This document shows positions 59,868-64,000 of a stretch of 64,000 bases of DNA, one piece after another. Below the pieces are notes generated by a model that was not told the origin of the DNA, ran no database searches, and worked only from the letters and a program-made list of their open reading frames with translations. Each line of letters starts with the position of its first letter. Position 1 is the stretch's first letter. A program made the position numbers and the translations under genes. Source of the stretch: Fidelibacterota bacterium (GTDB lineage: Bacteria; Fidelibacterota; Marinisomatia; SCGC-AAA003-L08; JACNLC01); the NCBI GenBank assembly GCA_018657495.1, contig JABHXA010000003.1:146937-210936 (forward strand), given 5' to 3'.

Positions 59868-62800
59868 TCAATCCTCTAATATATAATCAACTATGGTAAC
59901 AATATCCAGAACATCTACAAACCCATCGCTATTTGTATCAGCAGATATTCTCTGGCCCTGATTCAATTCCACATTCCCAAGAATATAACCAACCATTAAT
60001 ACAACGTCTAAAACATCTGCAGCGTTATCTCCATTTACGTCATAGGTCGTTTGGGAAACCGGTATCAATTGTGGGATGAATTGGTCATCAGGTGCCCAAG
60101 TGAGTATACCGGAATCCATATTGTAATACCCCTCATAAACCTGATCTTCTGATGATCGCCAGAATAGAACTTCAATGTTATTTCCTTCTATCCAGCCTGG
60201 ATATTGACCATATTCGTTTTCTTCATCATCACAGAAATCCATTGAACCATAAGTTGTGATCTCCAATGGTTCACCTTGCCAGACACCGGCACCAACGAGA
60301 ATTTCACCCAGCTCATCAGAGCAGTCGCCAAAATTGAGAATGCCATTGTAATCCAGTAACCCAATCTCATCACCAATATCAGCATCTTCAATGAAATCGA
60401 TACTAATCGTGGATTCAACAGTCAATCCGGTAGTATCAGCAAAGTTGAGATAGTCTTCAAGCTGACCGTTGAGGATATCTGTGAAGTATTCTAGGTCAAA
60501 TGTAATACAATCACCGATGGTAACTGTCAGGGCATCACCAGTAATTGTAAAAGCAGATGATTCAGTAATGCAGATATCCTCACCTGTTAATTCTGAAAAA
60601 TCTAAATTGGTTAACAGAGCATTACCGGGTGGAATAACTTCCTGAAACATACTGAACAAGGTGAAACCATTTGGAATTGATTCAGAATAGAAAAATCCAT
60701 ATTCTTGAGCAGTCCCGCCAGATAATCCTTCTATCTCAAATCCGACAAAATGTAAATTGACTGCAGCAACATTAACAAGATTGTCCATCCACAGTTCTAT
60801 GGTGTTATTCTCCAAGTTAAGATCACCGAAATACAATGTCACATCAGCTGTTTCAATAATTGGTAATATGAGAACCCAATACCACCCATCATCTGGATAT
60901 GTTATGACTATCTCCTCTGTATAATTAGATTCGTTTACTGGGGGAATACCCGTTATTGTCAATTGATAGGAGTTCTCAAATCCGGCATCGATATTCAGCC
61001 AATCCGGTACAGAAATGAATTCAAAGAATCCTTCCTCTGGTTCAAAAGGAAATTCAACAATTTCTGAATATTCTTCACCCATTATTGCCGGTTCCAGATA
61101 CACTGTTCTTGTTGAATCAATTACACCCAGCATCCCATCATTTCCAACAGCAGTATGTCCATAGGTACAACCCCCATTCACATGAATATTTTCGATTAAA
61201 ACAGGGGTTGTCTGAAGTTGTGCGGTTGCGGTGAAATGGACATCAAATAGCCTGCCAATATAATCATCGATCGCTGTGTAAACGAAGGTGAAAGAAATTG
61301 TCCGAATGCGATTGTTTTGATGATCAATCGAAACGAGAAATCCTTCTTCCTGTGGTAGTCCTTCATTAACGTAAACTGAATCAAATGCAGATAGCTCAGG
61401 GAAAACCAGATCAAATCCAAAAGCTTCTAAATAAGAACCACTCGGAACAGTAATATCAATAGGAATGACAAACTCATTGTTTGAACTATATGCAATTGTA
61501 TCTATCACTGTAAATTCAATTAATTCCCTTGTGGATAAATCTGAATTTTCATCAAATTCTGGAAAACCAGAAATACATGGATAATCATCAATATCGATGT
61601 TACCGTCTCCATTCAAGTCACCACAAGCCAGTTCCAGTTCAGTTGGTGTTTCGAAACTGAGTATTTGTGTGACTAATGCAACGATGTCCAATATATCAAA
61701 GCCGCCATCATTATTATAATCACCATATCCGCAATCAAATTCAGTTTGGTGGTAATAATATGCGCCCATATCAGCATTGGTGCCATCAGGATCAAGAGGT
61801 GCATAAGGATCACCAGCATCAATGCAAGGCGAAGATGTTTCAAGATGAAAATCACCTGTTTCAGGATCTACAAACTGGGGATTCAGATTCAAATTCCCTT
61901 CCAGCCAGAGTACTTCTCCATTATTATGGGTTTCGATACCGGATTCACCTCCTTGTACATTTGAATAGGCAAGGGAGATAAAATTTTCCGGATAGTATTC
62001 ATAGAATGACACTTCCGTGGGAAAGTTATTCCACAAAATGCTGTTGGTAACGTTGATATTGGAAATATCATAGGCATAAATCCCGCCACCGTCTGTTATT
62101 GCGGTGTTTCCTGATATAGTCATATTGACCATACTCATATCAGATCCATCGCAATATACGGCCCCACCTTCAGTAGCAGCGGAATTGTTTATAATTGCAA
62201 CTCCGGTCATATCGAGTTCTGAATAAATACAAAAAATCCCACCGCCCCGGCCATATTCTCCAATCGCTGCATTACCTGTGATAGTGATATCAGATAATAC
62301 AGGACTAGACATCCGGCAATAGATGCCTCCTCCCTCAATATTCAATCCTCCGGTAAGAGTGAGATTTGATACAGAACAGTGATTAACATGGTCAATAATC
62401 ATCGTGACGTCGGACTGCTCCGCATCCAGAATCACTGTGCTTTCCGAAGCGCCGTTGAGGGACACAAACTCAACCATTTCGACAGGGAATATCTCCCCGT
62501 TACTGGAAGAGCTGTAAAGTCCGTCAGCCAGATAGATTGTGTGCTGCTGGAGGCTATCAGCATGGATGGTTTCTAGGGCATGGTGAATGGTCATGAATGG
62601 CGTCTCAGGAGTAAGTCCATCATTGCCATCATCACCGTTAGGCGATACATACAAGTCCGCATCCACTTGTTGCTGAACGGCATGCCAGATATCAAAGGTG
62701 AATTCATTGATGGGGGACGCATGATAGTCGGTGGGAATCATTACCGAAAAAGTATCAACCACAACCGCAATATTTTCGGTGGTGGTAAAGATATCCGCAC

Positions 62801-64000
62801 CACTGCCGCGAGTATGAACGGTATTGGAGTAAATGTTACAGCGATTTTCCGCTGAAAAACCCAGATCAAAGGTATTAAAGGCATAAATCCCTCCGCCATA
62901 TCGATTGGCCTGATTCCTTGCGATAGTCACGTCCGTCAATGACGGTGCTGAATTAGCAAAATAGATACCACCACCATCTCCTTCCTCACCCGTGGCTGAA
63001 TTGCCCGAAATAGTCACATTTGTCAAGCTCATAGTGGAATACCCAAAGCTATAGATGCCCCCACCCTGGTCAATTACAGTGTTGCCAGAAACCGTCACCT
63101 GGGTGAGAATAGGACCAGATTCCCAACTATAAATCCCCCCACCTCCCTGAATGGCTGAATTGCCCATTATCTGCACCTGGGTCAGCAATGGAAATGAATT
63201 ATCCCGGCAATGTATTCCTCCGCCATACCACTCTGCAAAATTATTGATGACTATCAAGTTTGACAGTGTAGGACTGGCTTCATCACAGTAGACTCCACCT
63301 CCCCTGATTGCTAATCCATTCTGAATGGTCAAACCGATCAAAGCTGCAGATTCGGTTTCATCCTGATCAAATGTTACCACTGTGCCTGACTGATTTCCAT
63401 CAATGACCGTCTGACTGATATAGCTGGTATCACCGGTTGTAATGAATAGCGAACCGATCACAATATTTTGGCTGTCGAAATCAATATTTTCCAGATAGGT
63501 CCCCGGATACACCAAGACCGTATCACCATCTACAGTAGAATCAATACCAAGTTGAATAGATGCAAAGGGAAGATCAGAACTACCATCCCCAGATTCGTCA
63601 GAACCATCGGTAGAAATATGCCATACTGGACCATTATATTCTGGTTCTGGTTCTAAAATCTCACTTATAGTTAGCATTACATCAAGAATATTCACTATCT
63701 CATCATCATTAAAGGCATTGTTATCGCAAACATACCCATATCCGGCTGGATCCATGATCAAGTCAATCATTGTAAGCAAATGAGTCAATTGATAATTTCC
63801 ACATTCCTCCCATATGATATTATTAAAACATGCATATTCATCATAGTAATCACCACAGTCATCAGTACCGTTGCAAAGCAAATCGATACCTATACATTCG
63901 CTATTACCACATTGGAATTCATCATCTTCACAAACTGTCATTGTTGGAATAGAATTTCCAAGATTATCGGAGAAGATAATTGATGAAAACCCAGTGGGTT
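59868..64000 (-). CDS. Giant multidomain secreted protein: LDL-receptor class A-like module, two parallel beta-helix modules, dockerin-like and cohesin-like internal modules, C-terminal double dockerin (N-terminus outside window)
   Basis: The ORF track lists 1357 aa from the Met at 63941. The frame stays open upstream to the window end (...PTGFSSIIFSDNLGNSIPT-M), so the gene is probably 5'-truncated here. Domain evidence is given in the findings. Confidence 0.85.
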   Translation of the reverse strand, partial: PTGFSSIIFSDNLGNSIPTMTVCEDDEFQCGNSECIGIDLLCNGTDDCGDYYDEYACFNNIIWEECGNYQLTHLLTMIDLIMDPAGYGYVCDNNAFNDDEIVNILDVMLTISEILEPEPEYNGPVWHISTDGSDESGDGSSDLPFASIQLGIDSTVDGDTVLVYPGTYLENIDFDSQNIVIGSLFITTGDTSYISQTVIDGNQSGTVVTFDQDETESAALIGLTIQNGLAIRGGGVYCDEASPTLSNLIVINNFAEWYGGGIHCRDNSFPLLTQVQIMGNSAIQGGGGIYSWESGPILTQVTVSGNTVIDQGGGIYSFGYSTMSLTNVTISGNSATGEEGDGGGIYFANSAPSLTDVTIARNQANRYGGGIYAFNTFDLGFSAENRCNIYSNTVHTRGSGADIFTTTENIAVVVDTFSVMIPTDYHASPINEFTFDIWHAVQQQVDADLYVSPNGDDGNDGLTPETPFMTIHHALETIHADSLQQHTIYLADGLYSSSSNGEIFPVEMVEFVSLNGASESTVILDAEQSDVTMIIDHVNHCSVSNLTLTGGLNIEGGGIYCRMSSPVLSDITITGNAAIGEYGRGGGIFCIYSELDMTGVAIINNSAATEGGAVYCDGSDMSMVNMTISGNTAITDGGGIYAYDISNINVTNSILWNNFPTEVSFYEYYPENFISLAYSNVQGGESGIETHNNGEVLWLEGNLNLNPQFVDPETGDFHLETSSPCIDAGDPYAPLDPDGTNADMGAYYYHQTEFDCGYGDYNNDGGFDILDIVALVTQILSFETPTELELACGDLNGDGNIDIDDYPCISGFPEFDENSDLSTRELIEFTVIDTIAYSSNNEFVIPIDITVPSGSYLEAFGFDLVFPELSAFDSVYVNEGLPQEEGFLVSIDHQNNRIRTISFTFVYTAIDDYIGRLFDVHFTATAQLQTTPVLIENIHVNGGCTYGHTAVGNDGMLGVIDSTRTVYLEPAIMGEEYSEIVEFPFEPEEGFFEFISVPDWLNIDAGFENSYQLTITGIPPVNESNYTEEIVITYPDDGWYWVLILPIIETADVTLYFGDLNLENNTIELWMDNLVNVAAVNLHFVGFEIEGLSGGTAQEYGFFYSESIPNGFTLFSMFQEVIPPGNALLTNLDFSELTGEDICITESSAFTITGDALTVTIGDCITFDLEYFTDILNGQLEDYLNFADTTGLTVESTISIDFIEDADIGDEIGLLDYNGILNFGDCSDELGEILVGAGVWQGEPLEITTYGSMDFCDDEENEYGQYPGWIEGNNIEVLFWRSSEDQVYEGYYNMDSGILTWAPDDQFIPQLIPVSQTTYDVNGDNAADVLDVVLMVGYILGNVELNQGQRISADTNSDGFVDVLDIVTIVDYILED

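Overview
This is an AT-rich, densely coding bacterial chromosomal segment with about 55 genes. I found no rRNA, CRISPR array, transposase or integrase. All identifications come from reading the ORF translations and DNA by eye for motifs; no database search was run.

Left third (1-21 kb): a System I cytochrome c maturation operon (ccmE-ccmF plus a CcmH-like gene that runs off the window), typA, a BI-1-like membrane protein, and an ECF sigma/anti-sigma pair divergent from a CarboxypepD_reg-vWA protein. It also holds an RRM RNA-binding protein, an orphan secreted protein, and a run of redox and catabolic enzymes: aldehyde dehydrogenase, AlsS-like ThDP enzyme, GNAT, Gfo/Idh/MocA oxidoreductase and a PQQ sugar dehydrogenase.

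Middle (21-45 kb): a PhzF / DprE1-like / GT-C-like membrane protein trio and an aminotransferase-RidA-GPP34 group. These are followed by an LptD-like giant outer-membrane protein, a dockerin-terminated secreted protein, a tricorn-like protease and an iodotyrosine-deiodinase-like nitroreductase. A complete hypABFCDE maturation operon has no hydrogenase structural genes nearby, and a VKOR-like gene follows it.

Right third (45-64 kb): a 13-kb co-directional housekeeping block on the minus strand, ruvB-queA-ispF-[four-helix-bundle cassette]-gltX-glnS-ispE-tRNA-Gln-prs-rplY-pth-hppA-rpsF-rpsR-rplI. Beyond it lie a cohesin-like protein with a T9SS C-terminal sorting domain and a giant protein of more than 1370 aa that is open at the window end. 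That protein combines an LDL-receptor class A module, beta-helix modules, cohesin-like modules and dockerin repeats.

The T9SS-type sorting domain together with clear Shine-Dalgarno usage suggests an FCB-superphylum-related lineage outside classical Bacteroidia; this is inference only.

The most interesting candidates are:
- the T9SS-anchored cohesin / dockerin tethering pair;
- the DprE1-like + GT-C-like module;
- a relic ispF N-terminus acting as an overlapping upstream ORF of a divergent ispF;
- a repeat-bounded four-helix-bundle gene cassette;
- a tRNA-Gln abutting the prs start codon.
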